DNA of 64,000 nt from Verrucomicrobiota bacterium (GCA_027622665.1 JAQBYT010000002.1:192001-256000), one strand, 5' to 3'. Shown: positions 29,312-40,312, counted from the stretch's first letter. Made by a program: numbers and translations. Notes: a model not told the origin generated them from the letters alone.

Positions 29312-32300
29312 ATGTCCAACATCATCATCTCTTCCTCTATCCTGATCGTTCTTTTAAGCTTTTGGGCTTCGTCCGTCCAAGCCGTTGAACAAACATTTCG
29401 GGCAGGGGCTTACGTCCAGGACGTGACTGGTTCCTTTGACTCGTATCTGGTCAGTGGAGGGTTCACCGAGCGGAGGCGAGGGAAGATGAACCCCGGAGAT
29501 CTCAAGGCGCGTTGCTTCGTCCTCCAGCGAGGTGAGGTGAGTATCGCGATCGCCATCGTCGACAGTTGCATGATCCCAAGGACCGTCTGCGACCAAGCAA
29601 AGACCTTGGCCTCGAAAGCCACCGGCATTCCGATTGACCGGATCCTCATCGCTGCGACCCATACTCATAGCGCCCCGAGTGTTATGAATTACTGCCTCGG
29701 TACAATGGCCGACCCTGCCTACACCAAATTCCTACCCCCGAAGATTGCCGAGAGCATCCGGCAGGCCCACGACAAGTTGGAACCCGCCCGCATCGGGTGG
29801 ACCCAAGTGGGTGCACCCGGGCTGACTCATTGCCGCCGCTGGATTACCAGACCGGACCGCATGCAATTCGATCCCTTCGGTAACAGGACCGTCCGGGCCA
29901 TGATGCATCCGGGTTACCAAAACCAGAATTACGTCGGCCCATCCGCTCCGGTCGACGATCAACTTTCCCTGATTTCCATTCAAACTTCGAAGGGCAAACC
30001 TCTCGCCGTGCTGGCCAACTTCTCGATGCATTATCATGGCGGTACCGGACCGGCGGATTATTTCGGACTCTTTGCCGACCGCCTGGCCAAGCGCTTGGAA
30101 TCCGAAGGACGCATTCCGGTTTGCGCCATGTCGCAGGGGACCAGCGGCGACCTGCACTGGATGAATTACGGAAAACCCAACAAGGGCTCCAATGCCTCCC
30201 GCTATGCGGATGGACTTGTTCAGCTTGCGGCTCAGGCACTGGAAAAGATTCGCTATCAAGACACTCCGCCTTTGGGCATGGAGCAAAAGATCATCACCTT
30301 GTCGCGGCGGTTGCCCGATGTGGAACGTCTCGCCTGGGCCGACAAATTGCTCGCCGACATGAAGGGTCGACGGCCTAAAAACCGGCCCGAGGTCTATGCG
30401 GAACAGGCTCGGTTTATTCACGATAACCCAACCGAAAAGCTGGTCCTGCAAACCCTCCGTATCGGCGACCTGGGCATCACCACGCTCCCCAACGAAGTCT
30501 ATTCGATCACCGGACTGAAGCTCAAGGCCCGCAGCCCCTTTCCCGCTACCTTCAACATCGAGTTGGCCAACGGAGCGGCTGGGTACATTCCACCACCCGC
30601 CCAACATGCCCTTGGCGGATACACGACCTGGCCTGCTCGCACGGCAGGGCTCGAGGTCGGGGCGGAACCCAAGATCGTGGAGACGCTGCTCAGTTCCTTG
30701 GAGACCTTGGCCGGTAAACCGCGCCGCGACCCTGCCGCTACTCATGCCGCTACTCATGCCGCTTACGTGAAAGCTATCTTGGCAGAGAAGCCATTGGCCT
30801 ACTGGCGCTGCGAGGAATTTGAGGGAGAACGATTGGCGGATGCTTCCGGCAACGACCTTCATGGTGAAATCGAAGGCGTGGTGGCTTACCATATGCCCGG
30901 CCCTGAGAACGCGTCGTTTTCCGGAGACTCGCGGAATGCTTCCCTCCAACTGGCCGGCGGTACGGTTTCCGCAAACCTGCCCGATGCCCGTAGCCTGTCC
31001 TTCTGGTTTTGGAACGGAATGTCGAGTTCGGTACGAGACAACACGGGAGACCTCGTTGCCCAGGGCGAATCCTTCAAGTTGCGTATCGGGGGCAAGGCGG
31101 ATGGTGGAGCCCGTGGCCACTTGGTTCTGCAGGTCGGTGAAAAGGAATTCAAGGGAACCACGGAACTGAGTTTACGGACTTGGCGCAAAGTTTTGCTTTC
31201 TTGGGACGGTTCCAGCCTCTATCTTTTCCTCGACGGTAATCCCGAACCCGAGGTTCAAGCCGAACTGTCGGACCAGCCATCGGGACTATGGCGCTTGGGT
31301 GGCGAACTACCCTTCGAGGGACGGATCGATGAGGTCGCCTGGTTCAAGTCTTCACTATCCGGTAAGGACGCCAAGCGGTTCCATGCCCTCTCCGGCATAA
31401 CTCCGCCGCCGAAACCTCCGCCTCCGCGACCGACGATGAAGCGCGGGTCGACCGATGCCTATGCCAAGGCGGTCATGCAATCCAAGCCCCTTGCCTTTTG
31501 GCGCCTGCGTGATTCGGCCAAAGATAGCGCCCCCAAGGCTCATCACGGCAAGTTCGAGAAAGGTGTCGGGTCCAAGGCCCCCGATCAGGATGGCTACTCC
31601 TTCAAGGGGGGGCGAATGCGAGCTGAGATTGAAGGGATCGGCGACGTCTACAGCATCGAGTTCTGGTTCCGCAACAGCCTGCCTAATAACAGTCGTCCCG
31701 TGACCGCTTATCTTTTCTCCCGCGGTCCGGATGGCTTGACATCAGCTGACGGTGATCAACTCGGCATCGGTGGAACCTACGCTGCGACCGGTCATCTCAT
31801 CGTCTACCACGGCAACACCTCTCAGAAACTACTCACCGGTAAAACCAAGGTGGAGCCCGACAGTTGGCACCACGTTGCCATGGTGCGCGACGGCGAGAGC
31901 ATCCGGGTCTACCTCAACGGAAACCCCAAGCCCGATATTGATGGCAGGTTAGTCCGTTCCTATCCGAAGGCCCATCCGCAGTTCTTCCTCGGTGGCCGCA
32001 ACGATAATTTCGCCAACCTGCAGGGTAGCCTCGACGAGGTCGCCCTCTACGACCGCGCCCTGACTCCCGAAGAAGTAAGCGCTCATTTCAAGGCGGTGAA
32101 ACTTGCTCCGGCACCGAAAAAACAAGCGAGCAGGGCCTCTGCGCCCATGACTCCGGAAAACGGGCTGAAAGCCATCCACTTGCCGAAGGGATACAAGGTG
32201 CAACTGGTGGCCGCCGAGCCTTTGGTCAAGGATCCCGTGGCCATCGATTGGGGTCCGGACGGAAAACTTTGGGTCGCTGAAATGGCTGATTACCCGAGTG

Positions 32301-34915
32301 GTATAAATGGCAAGGCAGGCGGTCGAATCCGCTTTCTTGAAGATAGCGATACGGACGGGGTCTACGACAAGTCCACCGTATTTCTTGAAGGGGTAAACTT
32401 TCCGGCCGGCATAATGAGCTGGCAAAAGGGGGTGCTGGTCGCTGCGGCCCCGGATATTTTTTATGCCGAGGATACCACGGGCGACGGCAAGGCGGACAAG
32501 CGCACCGTGCTCTACACCGGATTCAAGCAGGGCAACCAGCAACTACGGGTCAACGGCTTGCGTTGGGGGCTCGACAACTGGGTGCACGCGGCCAACGGGA
32601 GTCACCATTCCCGTTACACCGCGGGAATCAAAATCAAGTCGCAAGCCGGCCGCGTCTTTGAACTCGGAGGTTTCGATTTCAGGATCCGGCCTGAGGTGGG
32701 ATTGTTGGAACCACTCTCCGGCCCTTCCCAGTTCGGGCGGTCGCGTGATGACTGGGGGAATTGGTTCGGCGTCCAAAACAGCTTCCCGCTCTGGCACTAC
32801 GTACTGGAACATCGCTATCTTTCCCGCAATCCGGATTTTGCTCCGCCCGACCCGCGACGCATACTGACCTCGAGTAACCCGCTCGTCTTTCCCGCCAGAC
32901 CACCCCAAAAACGCTTTCACAACTTCAAACAGTCCGGACGTTTTACCAGTGCCTGTTCCCCCACGATCTACCGGGACGATCACCTCTTTGATGACGCCGG
33001 CGTTCATGCCTTTACCTGCGAGCCCTTTCACAACCTGGTGCAGCGCGTCGTCCTCAAGCGCGACGGAGAAAGCTTCACCGCCGAACGTGCGGAAACCGAG
33101 GATGAACTGGATTTCTTTGCCTCGGAAGATCGCTGGTGCCGGCCGGTCATGGCGCGCACCGGACCTGACGGAGCCCTCTGGGTCGTCGACATGTACCGCT
33201 ACATGATCGAGCATCCCGAATGGCTCCCTGCAGCAGGCAAAGCCGAAATGAAACCGTTCGAGCGCTCCGGTATGGAGCACGGTCGAATTTATCGGGTGTA
33301 CAAGGAAGACAAACCCCCTCGCGGTATTCCCCGGCTGGATAAGTCGTCCGCTCAGGAACTCGTGACGCATCTCGAAGACAGCAATGGAATCATCCGGGAC
33401 ATGGCTCACCGGTTGCTGGTGCAGAGAAAAGACGTTTCCGTAACCAAGGCATTGGTTGAGATGGCGCAAACCCATGCTTCCGCCAAAGCTCGTCTCCATG
33501 CCCTTTGCGCCCTCGATGGACTGGATCGATTGAGCGCGCCTCTCCTGAAAACAACCTTTCGTGACCCTCATCCGGAAATCCGGCGACATGCCTTGCGTCT
33601 CGCCGAATCACGATGGGGCGGGGAACCCGATCTCCTCAAGGCATCCGTTCACCTCGCTGATGACCCGAATGCCGCAGTCCGCCTGCAGGCTGCCTGCTCC
33701 TGGGGTGAATCAAAGAGTGCGGAAGCCGGCCGCGCGCTCGCCAAGGTGGCGATTCGGGACGCGGGCAACCCCTATATTCTTGCAGCCGCGTTCAGTTCGG
33801 CCGGACCTCACTTTGACCGTCTCGCCCAGGCCGCCCTCGAGCATGGTGTGCTTATTGATGAAATCCTGAAGCTGGGAGCCCGGCGCAAGACCTCGCTGGA
33901 CGCCCTTCTTGCCGGCTTGATGAAACCGGGTAAGGACGGGTATGAACCTGAACAGTTTCGTTCTCTCGGGGGCTGGCTGAATCACCACCCCAAGGTCTCT
34001 CCCGAGATGGTCAAAGTAATGGCCAAGGCCAGGGAAGTCGTTGCCGACGGCACTGCTCCTTCGCCCTTGCGGGTTGCGGCGGTCGGACTGCTTGCCCGAC
34101 AGCCCGAAAGCCTGGGAGCGGACAAGCGCCGCTTGGCTGATCTTTTGACCCCACAGGTGGCGAGCGAGATCAAGTTGGCCGCCGTGCAGACGTTGGCCAG
34201 GGTGGGGGACGACGGGCTCCCCGACACCTTGCTCAAGGGTTGGCCCGGTTATCTTCCGCGGGAACGCTCCCGGGTCCTGGATACCCTGCTGCAGCGCAAG
34301 GAGTGGACTCGCGCTTGCCTGAAGGCCATCGAAGCAGGCGCAGTGGGCCGGGGCGATCTCGATGCCACCCGCCGTCAATTGCTGCTCAAGCATGCGGATC
34401 CATCCATTCGGAAAACTGCGGCTCGCATACTGAATTCCGGTCCGCGGAAAACGCGGCGGGAACAGATCGAGGCCTACCGCTCCGCCTTGAAACTACCCGC
34501 GGACGAAAAGCGGGGGAGGGCCGTGTTCGATAAACTGTGCGCAGTCTGCCACCTTCCACCGAAGGGACAACCCATGAACGGCCCCGATCTGCGTTCCATC
34601 ACCGACCGGACCAAGGAGGGACTCTTTAGCTCGATCCTGGATCCCAATCAGACGGTCGATGCCTCCTATGCCGGTTATTTCGTCACCCTTGCCGATAGCG
34701 CCGCTCTTTACGGACGGGTGTTGTCCGAGACTTCCAACAACCTGGTCCTTCGCCTCCTTGACGGCAACGATCGGCAACTGCTCCGCCGCGAAATCAAAAC
34801 GCTCCGAAACAGTGGCCTTTCCCTCATGCCGGAAGGCCTCGAGGCCGGGATGAATCACCAGGAACTTGCGGACCTCATTCGTTTCGTGCAGATGTTCGAA
34901 CGAGACGACAAGTAA
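29312..34915 (+). CDS. Fusion: neutral/alkaline ceramidase-like metallohydrolase + 2 LamG + PVC-type heme-binding propeller/HEAT/cytochrome c
   Basis: ATHTHSAP, ANFSMHY, ELANG..GYIP; LamG motifs (PLAYWR, WHHVAMVRDG, G.LDEVALYDRAL); LPKGY..VAAEPLV.DPV, DxxGDGKAD, CRPV...GPDG.L.VVDMYR; CAVCH..GPDL..SLMPEGLE. Confidence 0.88.
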   Translation: MSNIIISSSILIVLLSFWASSVQAVEQTFRAGAYVQDVTGSFDSYLVSGGFTERRRGKMNPGDLKARCFVLQRGEVSIAIAIVDSCMIPRTVCDQAKTLASKATGIPIDRILIAATHTHSAPSVMNYCLGTMADPAYTKFLPPKIAESIRQAHDKLEPARIGWTQVGAPGLTHCRRWITRPDRMQFDPFGNRTVRAMMHPGYQNQNYVGPSAPVDDQLSLISIQTSKGKPLAVLANFSMHYHGGTGPADYFGLFADRLAKRLESEGRIPVCAMSQGTSGDLHWMNYGKPNKGSNASRYADGLVQLAAQALEKIRYQDTPPLGMEQKIITLSRRLPDVERLAWADKLLADMKGRRPKNRPEVYAEQARFIHDNPTEKLVLQTLRIGDLGITTLPNEVYSITGLKLKARSPFPATFNIELANGAAGYIPPPAQHALGGYTTWPARTAGLEVGAEPKIVETLLSSLETLAGKPRRDPAATHAATHAAYVKAILAEKPLAYWRCEEFEGERLADASGNDLHGEIEGVVAYHMPGPENASFSGDSRNASLQLAGGTVSANLPDARSLSFWFWNGMSSSVRDNTGDLVAQGESFKLRIGGKADGGARGHLVLQVGEKEFKGTTELSLRTWRKVLLSWDGSSLYLFLDGNPEPEVQAELSDQPSGLWRLGGELPFEGRIDEVAWFKSSLSGKDAKRFHALSGITPPPKPPPPRPTMKRGSTDAYAKAVMQSKPLAFWRLRDSAKDSAPKAHHGKFEKGVGSKAPDQDGYSFKGGRMRAEIEGIGDVYSIEFWFRNSLPNNSRPVTAYLFSRGPDGLTSADGDQLGIGGTYAATGHLIVYHGNTSQKLLTGKTKVEPDSWHHVAMVRDGESIRVYLNGNPKPDIDGRLVRSYPKAHPQFFLGGRNDNFANLQGSLDEVALYDRALTPEEVSAHFKAVKLAPAPKKQASRASAPMTPENGLKAIHLPKGYKVQLVAAEPLVKDPVAIDWGPDGKLWVAEMADYPSGINGKAGGRIRFLEDSDTDGVYDKSTVFLEGVNFPAGIMSWQKGVLVAAAPDIFYAEDTTGDGKADKRTVLYTGFKQGNQQLRVNGLRWGLDNWVHAANGSHHSRYTAGIKIKSQAGRVFELGGFDFRIRPEVGLLEPLSGPSQFGRSRDDWGNWFGVQNSFPLWHYVLEHRYLSRNPDFAPPDPRRILTSSNPLVFPARPPQKRFHNFKQSGRFTSACSPTIYRDDHLFDDAGVHAFTCEPFHNLVQRVVLKRDGESFTAERAETEDELDFFASEDRWCRPVMARTGPDGALWVVDMYRYMIEHPEWLPAAGKAEMKPFERSGMEHGRIYRVYKEDKPPRGIPRLDKSSAQELVTHLEDSNGIIRDMAHRLLVQRKDVSVTKALVEMAQTHASAKARLHALCALDGLDRLSAPLLKTTFRDPHPEIRRHALRLAESRWGGEPDLLKASVHLADDPNAAVRLQAACSWGESKSAEAGRALAKVAIRDAGNPYILAAAFSSAGPHFDRLAQAALEHGVLIDEILKLGARRKTSLDALLAGLMKPGKDGYEPEQFRSLGGWLNHHPKVSPEMVKVMAKAREVVADGTAPSPLRVAAVGLLARQPESLGADKRRLADLLTPQVASEIKLAAVQTLARVGDDGLPDTLLKGWPGYLPRERSRVLDTLLQRKEWTRACLKAIEAGAVGRGDLDATRRQLLLKHADPSIRKTAARILNSGPRKTRREQIEAYRSALKLPADEKRGRAVFDKLCAVCHLPPKGQPMNGPDLRSITDRTKEGLFSSILDPNQTVDASYAGYFVTLADSAALYGRVLSETSNNLVLRLLDGNDRQLLRREIKTLRNSGLSLMPEGLEAGMNHQELADLIRFVQMFERDDK
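30733..30763 (+). repeat. In-frame 12-bp tandem repeat (TGCCGCTACTCA x2.6) in a domain linker
   Basis: Read directly from the sequence; encodes AATHAATHAA between the hydrolase and the first LamG domain. Confidence 0.85.
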
Positions 34916-35026
34916 TGCCCCATTTTTTCGTCGCTAGCCTTCAACGCAAATGTTTCGTTTGGAGAAAGGGTTTGATTGTCATTATTGGGGATATTCCTAC
35001 TGTAATCACCGACAATCACTTACAGT

Positions 35027-37537
35027 ATGACCACTTGGTTTAGGTTTCTTTCGGTTTTGATCCCCTTCTTTCTTTGGGTTGGGGTAGGGCTTTTTGCCGC
35101 TCCGTTTGCCATGCCCGAGAAAGTGGATGACCTGATGGCGAATTATTGTTTCGATTGCCACGACGATGAGACTAGGAAGGGTGAGGTCCGGTTGGATAAC
35201 CTGGCGACCTTGGCCCTTAAAGACCGGCTGGATTTGTTGAACCGGGTGCAGGAGCAAATTTTCATCAAGGAGATGCCGCCCCGAAAAAAGAAAACGCAGC
35301 CCAGTGATAAGGAACGGCAGCAGTTATTTGAATGGATGTCCGCAGAGCTCCGTAAGCACAACGCCTCCAAGCTGGAGGAAAAGTTGCGTTATCCCGGTTA
35401 CGGGAATTATTTGGATCACCAAAAACTCTTCAGCGGGGAGATAAAGGACAAACCTTTCTCGCCCTCCCGGCGATGGCTTGTCAGTCCGAGGATTTTTCAT
35501 GAGAGGGTGATGAACGTTCTCCGGTTGACTGACCATGAAAGAAGAGGTTTTTCGACCCTTCAGTTTGATGGAGTGAAGAACCCTTTCATGTTACCCGAAC
35601 GTTCGGGGGTTCGTGATTATGACGTCACGACCCTTGATGGCGGGCATTTGCTGGTGATGTTGAGCAATGCCAAATGGATAGCGGGCAAACAACTTTTTTC
35701 CGCCAGGCTCAAGACTCCGCAAAAAGAAGATCTGCTCAAAGCGTTGAGTGCGAAGGATCGCTGGTATCCCGAAGTTACGCCCGAGGCTTTCGAGAGAATC
35801 GTCCTCAAGGCAGAACTGCCAACGAACGAGGAAATGAATGCTGCGGTGGAGGAACAGTTCGATTGCGTTTTGATGCGCCGGCCGACGAAGGAGGAGCTCG
35901 CCAAATACGTCGATCTGTTGCGATCGTCCATTGCGCTGGCTGGAAATTCCGAAGGGTTGCGGCAAATGCTCTTTGCCGTGTTGCTCGAGTCGGATTTTCT
36001 TTATCGCATGGAATTGGGAGGAGGCGAACCCGACGAGTTCGGGCGGCACAAGCTCACCCCGCAAGAAGGCAGTCTGGCGATAGCCTACGCCTTGGGCGAC
36101 CGCAGTCCCGACCCCGAACTAACGAAGGCCGTCGAGGAGGGACGTTTCGAATCCAAGGACGACTACCGGCGCGAAGTGGAGCGTCTCCTGGCCGACGAAA
36201 ACTATTACAAAGGACCCGTAGACCATAAGATCAGCGGTAAGAACATGCGTTCCCACGAAACGTCGCACCCCAAGATCGTTCGTTTCTTTCGTGAATTCTT
36301 CGGGTATCCGAAGGCAGCCAAGATTTTCAAGGATATCGAGCGTAGCGACGGCTACTACCAGAACCCCGGGCGCGGCACATTGGGCACCCCCGGGTTCCTG
36401 ATCAAGGAAGCCGACCGCGTGGTGGATTGGTATCTGAAGAAGGACAAAAACGTTTTCGAAAACCTGCTGACCACCGAAGAGTTTTTCGTTTACCACGACA
36501 AAGACAACGAAACGGGTCGCAAGATCATTGCCGAATGGACTCAAGCGTACGAGAGACTCAAGGACACGGAGTGGAAGCAAAACCCTGAGAAGGTCATTGA
36601 GGAGAATCTGGATTATCTAAAGACCAAGAAATCCGTTCGTGTTTCGGGCGCGAAATCCAAGCGCGAATTTATGCGCCACATGCATTTCTGGGGGGAAACA
36701 ATCGGTAAGGGGCGCACGCCGTTTACCACACCTTCTTTTGCGCATGGCTATACCTATAATCATTCGGTGTTTTACAGCCTGCCGCCCACGCCAAATCCTT
36801 TCCGTTACGGGGGAGTAGAGAACAAAAACCACAAGGGCCTGGACGATGTGGAGTTCTGGGACTACCCCGTTGAGCAACCCTTCGAGATTTCGCAGCGCAA
36901 AGGATTGCTTACTCACCCCGCTTGGCTGATTGCCCACTCCTCTAATTTTCATACCGACCCGATCAAGCGCGGACGTTGGATCCGGGAAAAACTTCTCGCC
37001 GGAAGCGTACCCGACGTGCCCATCACCGTTGACGCTCAAGTACCCGAGGATCCCCACAAAACGCTGCGCGGGCGCGTCGAGTCGGTTACGGGACAAGCCG
37101 AATGCCGGAAATGTCATGAGCGGATGAACCCGCTTGGTTTTCCATTCGAGGTGTTCGACGACTTCGGGCGCTATCGCCTTGAGGAGCCCTTGGAATATGA
37201 GGAACAGCTCCTGGCCAAGGCAAAGAAGAAAAACGGAGCCAACCTCTATAAAACCAAATCCGTCAGCACCTTGGGAGCGTTGCGGGGCACCGGTGATTCG
37301 AAACTGGACGGCGAAGTCTCCGACGCCTTTGATTTGATCGACAGGTTGGCCAAGTCGACCCGTGTCCGACAGTCGATCATCCGTCATGCGTTTCGTTTTT
37401 ATATGGGACGCAACGAATTCATGTCTGACTCGCAAACCCTCATTGACGCCGATCAGGCCTACCTGCGCAGCGGAGGAAGTTTCAAAGAGGTCATCATTTC
37501 CCTTTTAACCTCCGACTCCTTCAGGTACCGTAAATAA
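35027..37537 (+). CDS. Di-heme cytochrome c / DUF1592 / DUF1588 / DUF1585 protein (subtype A, cassette 3)
   Basis: CFDCH + EMPP; YGNYLDH..LFSGE..RRWL; RFFREFFGYPKA; RKGLLTHPAWL; CRKCH; HAFRFYMGRNE. Confidence 0.9.
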   Translation: MTTWFRFLSVLIPFFLWVGVGLFAAPFAMPEKVDDLMANYCFDCHDDETRKGEVRLDNLATLALKDRLDLLNRVQEQIFIKEMPPRKKKTQPSDKERQQLFEWMSAELRKHNASKLEEKLRYPGYGNYLDHQKLFSGEIKDKPFSPSRRWLVSPRIFHERVMNVLRLTDHERRGFSTLQFDGVKNPFMLPERSGVRDYDVTTLDGGHLLVMLSNAKWIAGKQLFSARLKTPQKEDLLKALSAKDRWYPEVTPEAFERIVLKAELPTNEEMNAAVEEQFDCVLMRRPTKEELAKYVDLLRSSIALAGNSEGLRQMLFAVLLESDFLYRMELGGGEPDEFGRHKLTPQEGSLAIAYALGDRSPDPELTKAVEEGRFESKDDYRREVERLLADENYYKGPVDHKISGKNMRSHETSHPKIVRFFREFFGYPKAAKIFKDIERSDGYYQNPGRGTLGTPGFLIKEADRVVDWYLKKDKNVFENLLTTEEFFVYHDKDNETGRKIIAEWTQAYERLKDTEWKQNPEKVIEENLDYLKTKKSVRVSGAKSKREFMRHMHFWGETIGKGRTPFTTPSFAHGYTYNHSVFYSLPPTPNPFRYGGVENKNHKGLDDVEFWDYPVEQPFEISQRKGLLTHPAWLIAHSSNFHTDPIKRGRWIREKLLAGSVPDVPITVDAQVPEDPHKTLRGRVESVTGQAECRKCHERMNPLGFPFEVFDDFGRYRLEEPLEYEEQLLAKAKKKNGANLYKTKSVSTLGALRGTGDSKLDGEVSDAFDLIDRLAKSTRVRQSIIRHAFRFYMGRNEFMSDSQTLIDADQAYLRSGGSFKEVIISLLTSDSFRYRK

Positions 37538-37550
37538 CTGAGCATTCACT

Positions 37551-38951
37551 ATGAACACACGCAGAGATTTCCTTAAGCAGTCCCTCCTCGGAGCCAGCGC
37601 CTTGGCGTTTGCAAATGGTTCCCCGTTGGCTGCCGACCCCGCCAAGCCTCCCACCCGCTTCATTTTCATGCACCGGGGCAACGGTCTTTGGCCCCGGGTA
37701 ATGGTGCCGCCCGGTCTTGATGAGAAAACCCTCGAAAAGGAAAAGCGCAAGGAGCCCTTCCAATTCGACCTTGATTCGCACGACCTTCCCGGATGGATGG
37801 ATCCCCTCTCCGCTCACAAGGAAAACCTCACCATCCTGCAAGGTCTCTCCGGCAAGATGTGCACGACGGGCCATCATTCCTGGTGTTCCTCGTTGGGTGT
37901 GTTCAAGGCCAACGAACGTCCCAGCTCCATCAAGTGGGCCACCGTCGACTTCGAGTTGGCCAAACTCTTTCCCTCTCCCGCCGAGCATATCGAGCTGGCC
38001 TGTTTCCCTCTCGGAGGGGGCAATGCGCGTGGCACTCTGGACGACGTGGCTACCGGTTTTTCGGCCCGTGGTCCGCAGCAGCCCAATTATGCCTTTGGCT
38101 CGCCCCGTGTCGCCATGGATGAACTGTTCAAGTCCGTTTCAACGGAACAGTCCGCCAAGACTCAATACCAACTGGACCGCAAGGTTCTGGAGTTCGTCGC
38201 CAAGAACGAAGGCGCTGCTGCGGGATCTCTTGGCGGTTTTGAGAAAGCCAAGGTCAGCAATTATGCCGATTCGGTGGAAGCGATCCGCGAACGCAACCGC
38301 AAGATCGACGCCATGTCCGACGTCATCCGTCGTCACGTGCCAAAACTTGATCCGAAATACCTCGATCCCGACATGACGACCATAGACCGTCAGGTTGGCC
38401 ACACCGAGGTATTGCTGGGCACCCTGATTTCGGGCCTTACCAACGTCGTAGCCTTTACCGTCGATGAGTTGGGTCACAGTTATACGGGAATCCCCGGAAT
38501 CGAGGGCGAAAAAGTCAACATGCACGATGTTGGCCACAACAAGGTGATCGGCGGTCTCAAGGCGGAGACCATCCGTGAACTGGCCCGTACCCATCACATG
38601 ACTCTCGTCGATCGAATCGTTACCCGTCTCAAGAGTGTGCCGGAAGCCGGAGGAACGATGTTCGACAACACCATGATATTCTATTTTCCCGACGGTGGCG
38701 AAACCCACCATTCCCATGGAACCGAGTATCCCTTCGTCGTTCTGGCCGGTGACAACACGCGCGTCGACTTGCGCCGCCAATACGTCCGCTTGCCCAATTA
38801 CGGGCAAGCCGGTCACAAGACCTTGGGCAACTGGTATACCACGCTCTTGAACGCCTATGGCAACCCGGTCGAGCACTATGGAGCGCTTGATACCGGCTTG
38901 ACTAAATTCGGGCACGATCAAACCGGCCCGATCAAACAGTTTTGGTCCTAA
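37551..38951 (+). CDS. DUF1552 Tat-exported protein (subtype A, cassette 3)
   Basis: TRRDFLK; RFIFMHRGNG; DFELAKLFPSP; MHDVGH; GHKTLGNWYTTLLNAYG. Confidence 0.9.
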   Translation: MNTRRDFLKQSLLGASALAFANGSPLAADPAKPPTRFIFMHRGNGLWPRVMVPPGLDEKTLEKEKRKEPFQFDLDSHDLPGWMDPLSAHKENLTILQGLSGKMCTTGHHSWCSSLGVFKANERPSSIKWATVDFELAKLFPSPAEHIELACFPLGGGNARGTLDDVATGFSARGPQQPNYAFGSPRVAMDELFKSVSTEQSAKTQYQLDRKVLEFVAKNEGAAAGSLGGFEKAKVSNYADSVEAIRERNRKIDAMSDVIRRHVPKLDPKYLDPDMTTIDRQVGHTEVLLGTLISGLTNVVAFTVDELGHSYTGIPGIEGEKVNMHDVGHNKVIGGLKAETIRELARTHHMTLVDRIVTRLKSVPEAGGTMFDNTMIFYFPDGGETHHSHGTEYPFVVLAGDNTRVDLRRQYVRLPNYGQAGHKTLGNWYTTLLNAYGNPVEHYGALDTGLTKFGHDQTGPIKQFWS

Positions 38952-39034
38952 GCAAATCGCTTGTTTTTAACCAGTCTCCATACGATGTTAAAAATAAACG
39001 CTACTCATCCGTAGCCCGATCAGTCTGCAAGCGC

Positions 39035-40312
39035 CTAAACCATGTTCAATCCACGCATGGTGGTAGAGCCTGTTCCAAACCGGTCTACATCCAATCCAAG
39101 TTGCTGAAGCATTGACACGTAGAGATTAGGTAATGGGTAGTTGTCCTTTTTATCGAACGCCAAATGCTTACCGTGATCAAATCCACCGCCAGCGAGCACA
39201 ATGGGCATGTTCTTGGTGTCATGGTTGCTCGCATTGCCCAAATTGGAACCAAACAACACCATGGTGGAATCCAGCAGAGACCCGCCCGGTTCCGTGCTTT
39301 CGTCGAGTTTCTTCAAAAACGCCGCGAACTCACTAACCACTGCCGATTCAACAATGGTCAGCTGCTCTATTTTTGCGGGATCCTTCGCGTGGTGCGAAAG
39401 GTTGTGATAGTCGATGTCGACCCCCGGAATGACAGGCACCGAGTTCATGCCTGGAAAATTACAGGTAATGAATCGCGTCGAATCGGACTGGATAGCAAGA
39501 TGCATGACGTCGTATAGCAGGCGCATACGCTCAATCATTTCTTTAGAGTCGGTCTGATCCACTGGAGCCTTGGCCTCGACTTTGGGCTTCGGCTTGAGTT
39601 CCCAGGCTTCGGCCTTATGCAGTCGGCGTTCTGCCTCACGGACAGCCTCGAAGTATTGGTCCAACTTTTCCTTGTCGCGGCCGCTCAGTCGACGCTGCAT
39701 CCTGTTGGTCTTTTCCATGACAACATCCAGCACGCTCTGGCCATCTTTCAACCGCTGCATACGATGGGTCACCTCCTTTGCGGTGCCTTTGATAAATAGC
39801 TTTCTATAGACATGTGACGGACGTGTTAGTGTGGGGATCTCAACTCCCGAACGAGACCAGGAAAGCCCGGGACCTGTATTGCTGAGCGAGAGTGAGGCAA
39901 AACGAGTCTCTGTCCCGAGTTTTGCAGCAGCAAACTGATCGAGAGAAATTGAGTTACGGAAACCGGCGCTATTGGGATGGGGCGCGCAGGTCAGATAGGA
40001 CTTATAGGAAAGGTGTCCACCACCCACCTCCGGGTGGGAAACCCCTGACATTACAGTAAACTGCTCGCGGAAATCGCCAAGAATTTTGATATAGGTCGGT
40101 AATTCGAAACCACGCCCCGCCGTTTCCGGAATCATATTGGGCGCATGCAACCCCAAACCGATATTAATGGCCACCATTCGCTTGCGTCGACCGCCTGCTG
40201 CAGCAGACGCAGCAGCGGCGGCCTTATCTGGATGCAACGATTCGAGTGCCGGCAGCGCCAGGGCTACTCCGGTACCGCGGAGAAAGGATCTACGCGTCGT
40301 CACTTCATTCAT
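39035..40312 (-). CDS. DUF1552 (HXXSHH) Tat-exported protein (subtype B, cassette 4)
   Basis: TRRSFLRGTGVALALP; GGGH; ISLDQ; YHNLSHH; SLLDST.VLFGSNLG..SNH. Confidence 0.92.
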   Translation of the reverse strand: MNEVTTRRSFLRGTGVALALPALESLHPDKAAAAASAAAGGRRKRMVAINIGLGLHAPNMIPETAGRGFELPTYIKILGDFREQFTVMSGVSHPEVGGGHLSYKSYLTCAPHPNSAGFRNSISLDQFAAAKLGTETRFASLSLSNTGPGLSWSRSGVEIPTLTRPSHVYRKLFIKGTAKEVTHRMQRLKDGQSVLDVVMEKTNRMQRRLSGRDKEKLDQYFEAVREAERRLHKAEAWELKPKPKVEAKAPVDQTDSKEMIERMRLLYDVMHLAIQSDSTRFITCNFPGMNSVPVIPGVDIDYHNLSHHAKDPAKIEQLTIVESAVVSEFAAFLKKLDESTEPGGSLLDSTMVLFGSNLGNASNHDTKNMPIVLAGGGFDHGKHLAFDKKDNYPLPNLYVSMLQQLGLDVDRFGTGSTTMRGLNMV

